DNA of 64,000 nt. Source: a virus. The position numbers and the translations under genes are program-made. Location of the stretch: positions 35,995 to 99,994 of IMG/VR virus record IMGVR_UViG_3300049911_000129; one strand, 5' to 3'. This document shows, piece after piece, positions 53,761 through 63,412 of this stretch. How positions within the stretch are numbered: the first letter of the stretch is position 1; each line of letters begins with the position of its first letter. A model generated the notes under the pieces. The model was given only the letters and a program-made list of their open reading frames with translations, was not told the DNA's origin and made no database searches.

Positions 53761-54243
53761 GTGCGCGAGGCAAAGGGCAGGATATTCGGGTACGAGGGCG
53801 CGGATGCCCTCTGCATCCCGATCCTCGGATACTCGCTGTGCAGCGGCAGGGCGCGGGTACCCATCGACTTCATACGGGAGCTGAACTGGGCGGGGTGGGA
53901 CCACTTCTGCAACGTGGCGTGCGACCTGCTGCGCGACCATCCGGAGTACCGCTACAGTGCGGTCGCCGACGTCATGAAGCCCGGCCGCGGCGCTCCGACG
54001 CTCCTGGCGCTATCGGTCATACCGAAGTACGGCTGGGGGTTCGACGAGGAGTGCGCCATGGGCAGCATCGCGCGGCTCACTGAGAAGGCAGACGTACTCG
54101 GTCTCACCAATGTCGTGGTGCCTGATCCCGTGCACTGGGGCGAGTACGAGCCGCCAGTCGCGGCGCGTTGCCGGAGGCTCAGGGCCGCGCTCAGGGCCGC
54201 GCTGGACGACAGGTTCGTCATGGTCAGGCAGGCGCGCGAATGA
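53761..54243 (+). CDS. hypothetical protein, weakly Macro-domain-like
   Basis: GRIF...ADALCIP; VVVP; LDDRF; after GGTACAAT. Confidence 0.55.
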   Translation: MREAKGRIFGYEGADALCIPILGYSLCSGRARVPIDFIRELNWAGWDHFCNVACDLLRDHPEYRYSAVADVMKPGRGAPTLLALSVIPKYGWGFDEECAMGSIARLTEKADVLGLTNVVVPDPVHWGEYEPPVAARCRRLRAALRAALDDRFVMVRQARE

Positions 54244-54533
54244 TCGGCGGCAGCGGGTATGCTTTGATCGGCGTCCTGATCGGCGGGGCGGCCGAGCTCA
54301 TCGCGTGGGGCATCGAGGGATCGGACGACTCATCTGATCAGCCGCTGTACTCGAAGCTGTGGGACCGACTGCGGCCGGTGCGGCAGGAGTACGCGGCGGT
54401 GCTGTTAGTCCCGATGCGGTACGGGCGCATCGACATCAGGGCTGTGGAGGACATTAGAATGGTGAGCAGCTGCTGGCCATACATCACAAGGCAGGCGGAC
54501 GGCAGGCTGACTCCGGAGAAGATGGTGCGGTGA
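54240..54533 (+). CDS. hypothetical protein, N-terminal TM
   Basis: ATGA overlap. Confidence 0.55.
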   Translation: MIGGSGYALIGVLIGGAAELIAWGIEGSDDSSDQPLYSKLWDRLRPVRQEYAAVLLVPMRYGRIDIRAVEDIRMVSSCWPYITRQADGRLTPEKMVR

Positions 54534-54534
54534 T

Positions 54535-54906
54535 ATGGAAGAGGACGAGCTGAACGAGAGGGTGGTCAGGACCGGCAAGAAGGGCGCGGACTACATCAAT
54601 GGGCTCACGGACTCGTTCCGCGAGGGGTACCCGGTAGTCTATGCGCACCTGCTCCACATCCTCGGTGGCGACATCGAGGACGACGGGGACAGGCCGCGTT
54701 CGCTCGAGCGCTCGACCGAGCTGCTGGAGAACGCGCACCCGATGCTCGCCGCGCTTGCGGTGTGCATGTCGAACCTCGTCGGCCACGGGTGCATCATACC
54801 CGCCGAGGCGCAGCTGCTGCTGGTCTCGCGGACTCTCCGCGACGCCGTCGGGTATGGGTACCTGCAGGCGATACGCGACATGCTGGACGAGGAGATCACG
54901 ATATGA
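54535..54906 (+). CDS. hypothetical protein
   Basis: 123 aa ORF. Confidence 0.65.
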   Translation: MEEDELNERVVRTGKKGADYINGLTDSFREGYPVVYAHLLHILGGDIEDDGDRPRSLERSTELLENAHPMLAALAVCMSNLVGHGCIIPAEAQLLLVSRTLRDAVGYGYLQAIRDMLDEEITI

Positions 54907-55262
54907 TAGCCGAGATCATCGGCGTCGCCTTCCTGGTCGCGGTTACGGCGCTCTCGGTGGTCGCCGTGGTGCGCGGGCGCAGGCGGCAGCGCAGGTACGA
55001 CGACATCCTGGTGGAGGTCCTGAAGGTGGGCAACTCGGCCCTGCTGATGGCCGTCACCACGGCCATCGCGTGGCGGAAGGAGTATGACAGGGCCATGGGG
55101 ATCCTGGAGGACCTCGACGCCTGCCTGGACTTCGAAGAGCCGCTGAGCTACTACAACGTACACCCGTGGCCGTCTGAGAGGGCGAGACTGAATAGCGTAT
55201 TCGCTAGGGCGCGCGAGCTGCTGCAGGGCGTGGAGTCAGGAGATGTTCGGACTGACCCCTGA
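54903..55262 (+). CDS. membrane-anchored hypothetical protein
   Basis: ATGA overlap, TM then Arg cluster. Confidence 0.6.
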   Translation: MIAEIIGVAFLVAVTALSVVAVVRGRRRQRRYDDILVEVLKVGNSALLMAVTTAIAWRKEYDRAMGILEDLDACLDFEEPLSYYNVHPWPSERARLNSVFARARELLQGVESGDVRTDP

Positions 55263-55524
55263 TATGATCCTGGCGACCGCCGCGGCCGGCCAGTCGGTGC
55301 TGTTCTACCCGATGGTCGTGCGCAACTGGCGGCGCCGTTACTGCCACTTCCCGCTCTGGGTCTCGACCCTGAAGCTGGTGTTCCTGGCGGAGGCGTTCGT
55401 CGGGTTCATGGCGGCGGATCTGCCGATGGCAGCCGTGGTGGTGGTGATAGACGCCGGCGCGTGGGTCGTGCTCGCCGCGCAGCGTCAGGCATTTGGCGAT
55501 GGGTCGAACGGAGGTGTCCGATGA
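55243..55524 (+). CDS. small 3-TM membrane protein
   Basis: hydrophobic pattern, PQ-loop-like size. Confidence 0.55.
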   Translation: MFGLTPDMILATAAAGQSVLFYPMVVRNWRRRYCHFPLWVSTLKLVFLAEAFVGFMAADLPMAAVVVVIDAGAWVVLAAQRQAFGDGSNGGVR

Positions 55525-55820
55525 ACCCGCCGGTGGAGCCGGGCCAGATCTGGGCCAGCAAGGACGAGCGCGACATGGTGCTGGTGGTCGTGCCGCTCAA
55601 GCGGCCGGCGCCGTACAGCGGCGGGACGACGGAGAAGCGCTACGAGCGGAGGACGTTCAGGATCGCCCGCATAGTCGGGCAGAAGGCGGTGGTGGTCAAC
55701 ACGGTGACCGGCCGCAGCACGGGGATCTCGCTCAGGCGGCTGAAGTATAGCCTGGGCTCGCGGGGGTATGAGCTGGTAACGGACATAGACAGGGAAGGGG
55801 TAGATGGCGATGGTATCTAA
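55521..55820 (+). CDS. hypothetical protein
   Basis: VEPGQIWA.KD.R SH3-like start. Confidence 0.6.
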   Translation: MNPPVEPGQIWASKDERDMVLVVVPLKRPAPYSGGTTEKRYERRTFRIARIVGQKAVVVNTVTGRSTGISLRRLKYSLGSRGYELVTDIDREGVDGDGI

Positions 55821-56328
55821 GATCGTTACGGAGAAGGGCACAAGGCGGCCGGTGCTGCACCAGGTGTGCGCCGAGGTGCTGGACGAGGACGAGGCGATCT
55901 ACGGCGAGGCCCGGGCGGTGGCGGCCAAGCTCGTCGACACGCTTAAGGCGCACCCCGATGCGGTCGGCTTGTCGGCCCCGCAGATCGGGGCCTTGGTGCG
56001 CGTCATCGCGGTGCGGACCGACTTCGAGCATAACGAGCAGGTCGTCGCGCTGTTGAACCCCGTGGTCGAGCGCAGGGTAGGGTGGCGGATGGTCGACGAG
56101 GGCTGCCTGTCGCTCCCTAAGCGGACGTTCAGGGTGCAGCGCTCGCAGGTTGTGTGCGTACGCGCCCAGAGCTCGTTGGACGGCGCCACGGTGAAGATGA
56201 CCGCGCGTGGCATGCTGGCCCAGGCGCTCGAGCACGAGATAGACCACCTCGATGGGGTCCTCGTGTCGGACAAGGGGACCGAGCGCGACCTGGCGGCCAA
56301 GGTCATAGACCCCTGGGCGAAGAAGTAG
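55804..56328 (+). CDS. def: peptide deformylase
   Basis: GLSAPQIG, EGCLS, HEIDHLDG. Confidence 0.95.
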   Translation: MAMVSKIVTEKGTRRPVLHQVCAEVLDEDEAIYGEARAVAAKLVDTLKAHPDAVGLSAPQIGALVRVIAVRTDFEHNEQVVALLNPVVERRVGWRMVDEGCLSLPKRTFRVQRSQVVCVRAQSSLDGATVKMTARGMLAQALEHEIDHLDGVLVSDKGTERDLAAKVIDPWAKK

Positions 56329-56329
56329 G

Positions 56330-56515
56330 ATGGCGCATTCCGAGACCTGGGCGGTCTGTCCGCACTGCAACTGCGCGCTCCAGCTCCCGATGGACGTGTG
56401 GGGCGTGCACTACTGGCAGCTGCCGCGACACGGGCGCATGCGGCACATCTTCGGGACCTCGTTCTTCGTGGTGTGCCTGGGCAGCGGGGAGAGGGCGACG
56501 CCGCATGAGCTGTAG
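56330..56515 (+). CDS. small Zn-binding protein
   Basis: CPHC...H...C.GSG. Confidence 0.55.
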   Translation: MAHSETWAVCPHCNCALQLPMDVWGVHYWQLPRHGRMRHIFGTSFFVVCLGSGERATPHEL

Positions 56516-57506
56516 CGCGGGGTGGGTCAACCGGCTGTACATGGGCGACAACCTGTCAGCCATGCGCCTCCTGCTCGAGGATCCGGAGGTGCGTGGGAAG
56601 GTCGACCTGGTGTACATCGACCCGCCGTTCGGGACTGGTCGGCGCTTCGAGCTATGCGACGGGCGCGTGGCTTATGATGATACGCTCAAGGGCCAGGGGT
56701 ACCTGGACTTCCTGAGGCCGCGCCTCGAGCTGCTGCGGGGGCTGATGGCAGAGGGCGGCTCGATATACGTCCACGTCGACTGCAAGGTCGGCCACCGTGT
56801 CAGGGTCATCATGGACGAGGTCTTCGGGGCCTCCAACTTCCGGAACGACATCACGAGGGTCAAGTGCAACCCGAAGAACTTCAAGCGCTACGGCTACGGC
56901 AACACCAAGGACGTGATCCTCTTCTACACGATGGGGAAGAGCGCGACCTGGAACCACCCGCACGAGCCGTTCACGGACGAGGAGCTGCGGAGGCTCTACC
57001 AGAAGGTCGACGCCCACGGGCGGAGGTACACGACGACGCCGCTCCACGCGCCGGGCGAGACGCGGGACGGCCCCAGCGGCCAGCCGTGGAACGGCCTGAA
57101 GCCACCCGCCGGAAGGCACTGGCGCTGCCCGCCGGACGAGCTGACCAGGCTCGACGAGGAGGGGCTGATCGAGCGGTCGGCCGCGGGCAACCCCAGGAAG
57201 AGGCTCTTTGCTGACGAGGCGATCGCGCGGGGCCGGATGGTGCAGGACGTCTGGGTGTTCAAGGACCCGCAGGCGCCGCTGTACCCGACCGAGAAGAACC
57301 TGGACATGCTGAGGCGCATCGTCGGGGCCTCGAGCAACGTCGGCGACCTGGTGCTGGACTGCTTCTGCGGCTCAGGCGGGACCCTGGTGGCGGCGGAGGA
57401 GAGCGGCAGGCGCTGGATCGGGATAGACAGCTCGCAGACGGCGATGAGCGTGTGCGAGTGGCGGCTGATAAACGAGGTGGTGCGTGTCAACCCAGACGCT
57501 GGTTAA
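56505..57506 (+). CDS. DNA adenine methyltransferase (beta class, Mod-like)
   Basis: GDNL, VYIDPPF, GSIYVH, YPTEK, VLDCFCGSG, WIGID. Confidence 0.92.
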   Translation: MSCSAGWVNRLYMGDNLSAMRLLLEDPEVRGKVDLVYIDPPFGTGRRFELCDGRVAYDDTLKGQGYLDFLRPRLELLRGLMAEGGSIYVHVDCKVGHRVRVIMDEVFGASNFRNDITRVKCNPKNFKRYGYGNTKDVILFYTMGKSATWNHPHEPFTDEELRRLYQKVDAHGRRYTTTPLHAPGETRDGPSGQPWNGLKPPAGRHWRCPPDELTRLDEEGLIERSAAGNPRKRLFADEAIARGRMVQDVWVFKDPQAPLYPTEKNLDMLRRIVGASSNVGDLVLDCFCGSGGTLVAAEESGRRWIGIDSSQTAMSVCEWRLINEVVRVNPDAG

Positions 57507-57765
57507 GGCCTGGTTGGTCATGGCAGACAGCCTAGATGGACTTTACGATGGGCTCCTGCCGCTCCGAGAGATCATGGTTCCGGAGCCGCCGCCGCAGCGG
57601 TACTACATGCCGCACGCGGTGCGCCTGAGCAGCATCGTGGTGTCTGACGAGGTGTACGGGCCGCCGAACCCGTCGATGGTCATCACGGACGAGTTCCAGT
57701 ATGTTGGATTCGAGCGGCACCTCGGCCGCCATGTGTACCGCTATGCCAGCCACAAGGCGGTATAA
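57484..57765 (+). CDS. hypothetical protein
   Basis: GAGG RBS. Confidence 0.5.
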   Translation: MSTQTLVKAWLVMADSLDGLYDGLLPLREIMVPEPPPQRYYMPHAVRLSSIVVSDEVYGPPNPSMVITDEFQYVGFERHLGRHVYRYASHKAV

Positions 57766-57785
57766 TGTGATCAGGAGGTAAGGTC

Positions 57786-58136
57786 ATGGCTAGCAGGTAC
57801 AGGGGCTACGGCGGGCACACGGTCGAGAGGTTGACGGAGGTCGGCTGGGAGGCGCTCCCGCTGGAGCCGAGCCTCAAGGTCAACAACCACTCCCCGACGG
57901 GGTTCAGCTGGGGCTACCTTGGCAGCGGACCGTCGCAGCTCGCGCTCGCGATCCTGTTGGACGCGACACAGGCCGGGACTCGCGGCGCGATCGAAGTCAC
58001 CGGCGTATATCAGCAGTTCAAGACTGAGGTGGTGGCCGGATGGCCGATCGACGGGACGTGGGAGATTAGCGCGGACGAGGTATTCGATTGGCTGGCCCAA
58101 TGCGGTGGCCCGATACGCCCGCTCATGTATGACTGA
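57786..58136 (+). CDS. DUF6166-like protein
   Basis: [24 protein letters not shown]...YQQFK. Confidence 0.75.
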   Translation: MASRYRGYGGHTVERLTEVGWEALPLEPSLKVNNHSPTGFSWGYLGSGPSQLALAILLDATQAGTRGAIEVTGVYQQFKTEVVAGWPIDGTWEISADEVFDWLAQCGGPIRPLMYD

Positions 58137-58330
58137 TGCGCTACCTACACGCCGTCGAGAGAATGGTCCGCGAGCTGGACGCGGACATCTACGTGATCAA
58201 CGACCGGTATACGCTCAACGTCAGCACGCTCAGGGACGAGGTGCGGTACCAGAACATGGAGACCGGCAGGTTCGTTACTCGCGCCAGGGCCATGATGATG
58301 GTCAGGGCAGGAAGGGTGAAGGCACAGTGA
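58136..58330 (+). CDS. small hypothetical protein
   Basis: TGATG overlap. Confidence 0.55.
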   Translation: MRYLHAVERMVRELDADIYVINDRYTLNVSTLRDEVRYQNMETGRFVTRARAMMMVRAGRVKAQ

Positions 58331-59322
58331 AGAAGTGGATCATAGTGGCATTGGCGGGGTTCGCCGCGGCGGTGGCCGTGGTGCTGGCCTCTGCGGCGTA
58401 CACGCCAGCATCGGGTTGCGTGAAGGTAACGATATGCCACGCAACCACCTCGGTGACGAACCCGTACAACAAGATCGATGTTGACGAGGACGCGGTCGAT
58501 GGGGTAGGGCATAGCGACCACACCAAGCATATCGGCCCGGTCGCGACGAGTGAGCAGGTGGCGCAGGCGCTTAAGGATGCGCACAGGGATTGGGGCGACA
58601 TCATTCCGCCGCACCCTGGCAACTCGCTGAACTGGACGGCGGACGGCATTGCGCTCTACAACAACGGTTGCAACTACGTGACGCCGTCGACCAATACGCC
58701 GACTGCGACCAACACGGCGACGCCTACGCCTACGGATACGGCTACGCCTGAGCCGACGGCAACGGATACGCCTGAGCCGACGGCAACGAATACGCCGGTC
58801 CCGACCGCGACTGACGTCCCGCCGACGGATACCCCTGAGCCTACGGCCACAAACACACCGGAGCCGACGGCCACGGAGGTCCCGCCGACCGATACGCCGG
58901 AGCCGACTGCTACGAACACGTTGGAGCCTACGGCGACTGAGGTCCCGCCGACTGATACCGCGGTGCCTACGGCGACGCTGACCCCGACTCCGGTGGATAC
59001 GGCTACCCCTGTCCCAACGGACACGGCTACCCCGCTTCCGACGGACACGGCGACGGCGACCCCATGGCATCGCGAGCATACGGCGACTCCAACGCCCGTG
59101 TACGTCGCGCCGCTGCCTCCGGTCGTGTTGCCAGCGCCGGTCCACGAGATAGTCGAGGCGCCAACGCTGACGCCGCCCGTGAGTGCGCTCCCCAGCTCGG
59201 GGGACGGCACGGGGTCGGTCGACCGCGGCGACGTAGTGGTCTCGCTGCTCATGGCGACGTTCTGCGTCATGGCGGCCACGGGCATCCTGCTCGTGTTCAG
59301 GCGCATCCTGAGGGAGGAATGA
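58327..59322 (+). CDS. secreted Thr/Pro-rich surface protein with LPxSG-TM-basic sorting signal
   Basis: signal peptide, VTICHAT..NPY domain, PTATDTP repeats, LPSSG + TM + RR. Confidence 0.8.
   Translation: MKKWIIVALAGFAAAVAVVLASAAYTPASGCVKVTICHATTSVTNPYNKIDVDEDAVDGVGHSDHTKHIGPVATSEQVAQALKDAHRDWGDIIPPHPGNSLNWTADGIALYNNGCNYVTPSTNTPTATNTATPTPTDTATPEPTATDTPEPTATNTPVPTATDVPPTDTPEPTATNTPEPTATEVPPTDTPEPTATNTLEPTATEVPPTDTAVPTATLTPTPVDTATPVPTDTATPLPTDTATATPWHREHTATPTPVYVAPLPPVVLPAPVHEIVEAPTLTPPVSALPSSGDGTGSVDRGDVVVSLLMATFCVMAATGILLVFRRILREE
58680..59100 (+). repeat. degenerate Thr-Pro coding repeats
   Basis: (PTATxTPE / PPTDTPE)n. Confidence 0.8.
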
Positions 59323-59510
59323 TGGACCTCTGGGATCTGGAGCCGGGCAACAGGGTCAGGACGGTGGACCTGGGGGTGGCCGAGGTGGTCGCCCCCACCG
59401 AGGACGGCGAGTGGATCCTCGTCCGCTACGTGGAGTTCAACGGCGACCCGAGGATGGTCGGGACCGAGGACCTCTGCTCCGCGGACGAGATAGAGGGGCT
59501 GGACGACTGA
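59322..59510 (+). CDS. small SH3-like hypothetical protein
   Basis: L.PG.RVRT.D...AEVV..T.DG.WI.VRY. Confidence 0.6.
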   Translation: MDLWDLEPGNRVRTVDLGVAEVVAPTEDGEWILVRYVEFNGDPRMVGTEDLCSADEIEGLDD

Positions 59511-59511
59511 C

Positions 59512-59910
59512 GTGGGCAAGCTACTGCTTCTGAAGGTCTTCTACCTGTCCGGCGGCTTTTACTCCGGGTGGCAGCAGCGGCTCATGCGCGAGTGCGCTGG
59601 GCTCAGGGCGGTCAACCCGGAGACCGACGGCAGGCAGAACGCCATCTACGCCTTCGTGGAGGATGACCTGTCGGCCATAGACGCCGCGGACGGCGTCATC
59701 GCGAGGTGGGACGCCTACCCGCACGTGGAGGGTATGATAGCTGAGGTCGGGTACGCGACCGCGAAGGGCAAGCCGGTGCTGCTGATCCTGGACGGCGTGG
59801 AGGTGCCGAATGCCTTCGTCCTCGGGCTGGCCAAGCGGGTCTTCGTGGGCATGGACGCGTTCATCGCCTGGTGGAACGGTAGGGTACACACTAAGGCAGG
59901 TGTGATGTGA
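59512..59910 (+). CDS. nucleoside 2-deoxyribosyltransferase-like protein 2
   Basis: YLSGG, W, NP, DL.AI, EVGYA.AKGKPV. Confidence 0.75.
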   Translation: MGKLLLLKVFYLSGGFYSGWQQRLMRECAGLRAVNPETDGRQNAIYAFVEDDLSAIDAADGVIARWDAYPHVEGMIAEVGYATAKGKPVLLILDGVEVPNAFVLGLAKRVFVGMDAFIAWWNGRVHTKAGVM

Positions 59911-61082
59911 GAGTGATTCCGAAGAGCAACACCCAGGGTCCGTGCGTGGACATATACAATTGGGCTGACGACATCGAGGGCGGCGCACTCGAGCAGGCGT
60001 TCAACATCGCAAAGCTCCCGTTCGCGTTCCACCACGTGGCCGTCATGGCCGACGGGCACCAGGGATTCGGCATGCCGATCGGCGGCGTGCTTGCGACGCG
60101 CGGGGTGATAGTCCCGAACGCGGTCGGCGTCGACATCGGCTGCGGGATGGCGGCCGTCAGGACCAACCTGTTCGACTACGACCTCCAGCCGGACGCGCTC
60201 AAGCAGGTCATGGCGATCGTGCGCGGGACGGTGCCGCTCGGCCTCGGCCAGCGGCAGGCGGAGCCGCAGGACTGGGAGGGGTTCGACCGCGCCCCGCGCC
60301 TGTTCGTCATCCAGCGGCAGCTGGAGGCGGCCAGGAAGCAGCTCGGGACGCTCGGTGCGGGCAACCACTTCATCGAGATACAGGCCGAGGAGCACGGACC
60401 GGTATGGGTGATGGTCCACTCCGGCAGCCGCAACTTCGGGCTGCAGGTCGCCGGCGAGTACCACAAGGCGGCCAAAGTCATGTGCGAGCGCTGGCACTCC
60501 AAGATCCCGACGCCCGACCTGGCGTTCCTGCCGATAGAGACGCTGGAGGGCAAGGACTATCTGGAGGGCATGGGATACTGCCTGGAGTTCGCCAGGGAGA
60601 ACCGCGCCGTCATGATGCGGCACGTCATCGAGGCGCTCGATCAGATCACTGGCGCGGTGCGTGTCGTGGTGTCGCTTGACGTCCACCACAACTACGCCCG
60701 CTGGGAGCAGCACTACGGGCAGAGCGTCCTCGTCCACCGGAAGGGTGCGACGTATGCGGGCGCCGGGTCGGTTGGCATCATACCCGGCTCGATGGGCACC
60801 GCGAGCTACATCGTCCGCGGGCTTGGCAGCCAGGCGAGTTTCGACTCGTGTTCGCACGGGGCTGGCAGGCGCATGAGCAGGACGGCGGCGAGGCGGGACC
60901 TCGACCTCAACCTTGAGCAGGCCAAGATGACGGCGCTCGGGGTGGTCGGCGGGCCGCGGACGGCCGCGGACCTCGACGAGGCGCCCGGAGCGTACAAGGA
61001 CATAGACGTGGTCATGGCCGCGCAGAGGGACCTCGTGGAGGTCAGTAACAAGCTGCGGCCGCTGGCCAGTCTGAAGGGATAG
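59907..61082 (+). CDS. rtcB: RtcB RNA ligase
   Basis: DGHQG.GMPIG, VGVDIGCG, GTLG.GNHFIE, HSGSR, HHN, HRKGAT, PGSMG, SHGAGR, EAP.AYK. Confidence 0.95.
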   Translation: MRVIPKSNTQGPCVDIYNWADDIEGGALEQAFNIAKLPFAFHHVAVMADGHQGFGMPIGGVLATRGVIVPNAVGVDIGCGMAAVRTNLFDYDLQPDALKQVMAIVRGTVPLGLGQRQAEPQDWEGFDRAPRLFVIQRQLEAARKQLGTLGAGNHFIEIQAEEHGPVWVMVHSGSRNFGLQVAGEYHKAAKVMCERWHSKIPTPDLAFLPIETLEGKDYLEGMGYCLEFARENRAVMMRHVIEALDQITGAVRVVVSLDVHHNYARWEQHYGQSVLVHRKGATYAGAGSVGIIPGSMGTASYIVRGLGSQASFDSCSHGAGRRMSRTAARRDLDLNLEQAKMTALGVVGGPRTAADLDEAPGAYKDIDVVMAAQRDLVEVSNKLRPLASLKG

Positions 61083-61086
61083 GGGC

Positions 61087-61308
61087 ATGACGCAGAGACT
61101 ATCGGGGGGCGAGTTCCCCCACACGATCAAGGAGTGGCCGCGGTTCTCCTGGCGCGTGCTGTGGGCGTTCGTCCGCCAGTGGGGTCCGTGGCAGTTCAGC
61201 CACCATGGCGACATGGAGGCAGGCGGCGCCAGACATCTGATCCACGAGTATCGCGCATGCACGTTTCCTGGATGCGATGCGCGGCAATGGAGGAGTCGTT
61301 GGGTATGA
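61087..61308 (+). CDS. small hypothetical protein
   Basis: 73 aa ORF. Confidence 0.5.
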   Translation: MTQRLSGGEFPHTIKEWPRFSWRVLWAFVRQWGPWQFSHHGDMEAGGARHLIHEYRACTFPGCDARQWRSRWV

Positions 61309-61487
61309 ACAATGAGCCGGTGTGGCTGACGGAGTACTGGGACATGTACATTGACCTCGTCACCGAGGCGACGGCCAGCGTGTGGGAGCTCCACGGCGGC
61401 GGGTCCTTTGTCGCGATGCTGCTGGTGCACTCGGCGGAGTTCACCGCGGAGATCTCGGCGGCAACCTTGGAGGCTATGGGCGTATGA
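61305..61487 (+). CDS. small hypothetical protein
   Basis: ATGA overlaps at both ends. Confidence 0.5.
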   Translation: MNNEPVWLTEYWDMYIDLVTEATASVWELHGGGSFVAMLLVHSAEFTAEISAATLEAMGV

Positions 61488-63085
61488 AGGGCGCGGCGTA
61501 CTATGACAGGGTCTATAGGTCGGGAAAGTACGGGATAAGCGAGGGGCGCGCGCGGGTCGTGGCCGGGCTGTGCCGCGGGTCCGTGGTGGACCTCGGCTGC
61601 GGCGAGGGGATACTCGGTAGGTTGTACAGCGGGCGGTATGTTGGCGTCGACTTCTCGTTCCAGGCCATTGGGATCGCTACGGAGCGTGATCCGCACTTGT
61701 CGGACGTGCACCGGTATCTACGGCTTGACTTCCTGACGGACCCGCTGCCGAAGGTAGAGGCCGACACGGTGGTGCTGGGCGAGGTGCTCGAGCATCTGAC
61801 CGCCGCGGCTCAACACAAGTTGCTCAAGAGGATCACGACGGCATATCCTAAGGCGCGCCTGGTCGCGACGGTCCCCGAAGGTGACTCAATACCAGACCCG
61901 TCGCACGTACGGACGTTCGAGCGCGAGGATCTGCTGTTCGCCATGCTCTCGCACTACACATGGGCGACGCTGCGCAGGTGCCCGAAGCCATGGCTCTGCG
62001 CGACCGCGAGCCAGGAATGCGCCCTGTCCGTGGCGTTGATAGTCAAGGACGAGGAGCCCATGCTCGAGGGCTGCCTGGCGTCGCTCCGCGACATCTGGGA
62101 CGAGCTCGTCATCACCGACACCGGATCGACGGACCGGACCATCGAGATAGCCGAGGAGTTCGGCGCGCGCATCGAGCATTTCCCGTGGATCAACGACTTC
62201 GCGGCGGCTAGGAACTACTGCGAGTCCAAGTGCACCGGGAACTACGTCTACTGGATCGACGGCGACGAGCAGCAGGTCGAGGGACACGATGTGATACTCG
62301 AGATAGTCGCTGCGGGCAAGGCGGACGGGGTACAGCCGGTACTCGTGCTGTCGCGATCGCCCAATGGCAAGCCGGCGAAGACGTTCGCGCGCCAGGAGCT
62401 GCTCCACAAGCTCGACGGCAAGTGGCGGTGGATCGGGGCGGCCCACAACTACCTGGAGGGGCCAGGCCACTACATCGACCGCCGCATCGTGGCGGAGCAC
62501 TTCGACAGGCCGGGCGGCGACAGGCCGAACCTGGCCGACATGCTCGGGGCGCTGCGCGGCAACCTCGGCGACGGCTTCGACGAGCGGCACATGTACTACC
62601 TGCTCCGGCAGCACTGGTACCAGAGACACTACCAGGAGACCATCGCGCTCGCCGACCTCGCGCTTGCGCAGCCGCCCAGCTGGCCGATCCAGCGGTCCGA
62701 GATAGCCTTGACGGCCGGGCACGCCTGGAAGGCTCTGAAGCGCCTGCCGGAGGCGAGGCTCGCGTACCTCCGCGCGCTGAAGGAGTACGGGGAATGGGCC
62801 GAGCCGTACTACTGGCTCGGGATGCTGTGCTATGAGAAGGGCGACTGGCGCGGCGGGGCGGCCTGGTTCGCAGCGGCCCTTCCGTTCGACCCGCCGACCA
62901 ACTACTTTACCGATCGGTCCATCTACGACTGGCGTCGGTACGATCAGCTGGCCGTCTGCCTGTACAAGCTAGGGCGCTACGGCGAGGCTCTGCTGTACGG
63001 CGCCACGGCTCTCAACGCGCTGCCCGACGACCCGCGCATCAAGGACAACTTCGAGCACTACAAGAAGGGGGCCAAACGCGCGTAA
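61484..63085 (+). CDS. SAM methyltransferase + GT2 glycosyltransferase + TPR fusion
   Basis: VVDLGCGEG, EVLEHL; IVKDEE, DTGSTD.T, DFAAARN, IDGDE; TPR helices. Confidence 0.88.
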   Translation: MKGAAYYDRVYRSGKYGISEGRARVVAGLCRGSVVDLGCGEGILGRLYSGRYVGVDFSFQAIGIATERDPHLSDVHRYLRLDFLTDPLPKVEADTVVLGEVLEHLTAAAQHKLLKRITTAYPKARLVATVPEGDSIPDPSHVRTFEREDLLFAMLSHYTWATLRRCPKPWLCATASQECALSVALIVKDEEPMLEGCLASLRDIWDELVITDTGSTDRTIEIAEEFGARIEHFPWINDFAAARNYCESKCTGNYVYWIDGDEQQVEGHDVILEIVAAGKADGVQPVLVLSRSPNGKPAKTFARQELLHKLDGKWRWIGAAHNYLEGPGHYIDRRIVAEHFDRPGGDRPNLADMLGALRGNLGDGFDERHMYYLLRQHWYQRHYQETIALADLALAQPPSWPIQRSEIALTAGHAWKALKRLPEARLAYLRALKEYGEWAEPYYWLGMLCYEKGDWRGGAAWFAAALPFDPPTNYFTDRSIYDWRRYDQLAVCLYKLGRYGEALLYGATALNALPDDPRIKDNFEHYKKGAKRA

Positions 63086-63194
63086 CGCGGGTCCTCGAAT
63101 CGGCCCGTGCGGTATACAATATGGGTGTCCTGCGGATTCGCGGGGCGCCCATTATCTATGCTTGAGGGGAGGTGGTCGACCATGACCAAGGTAG

Positions 63195-63395
63195 GTGACG
63201 GCGATGACGCACAAGCCGGCGACTTATACTGTCATACGCACGCAGACGGCCAAGTTCCTCTACCTCTATTTCTCCAAGGTTGCACCCCGCGGGCCGGCTT
63301 CCGAGCGCGTGCTCATGGCCATATCGGCCGACCTCAGGCGCAGCCTCGTTGATGCCGGGGTCGATCCGGACGGGGCTTCGGGCGGGGGCGCGTAA
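63195..63395 (+). CDS. hypothetical protein
   Basis: 66 aa ORF after promoter-like GGTATACAAT (63111). Confidence 0.4.
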   Translation: MTAMTHKPATYTVIRTQTAKFLYLYFSKVAPRGPASERVLMAISADLRRSLVDAGVDPDGASGGGA

Positions 63396-63412
63396 GACCT
63401 ACAATTGATCAG

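Noticed and set aside
56505-57506. Complete restriction-modification system
   Set aside because: No adjacent Res or REase gene; likely an orphan protective MTase
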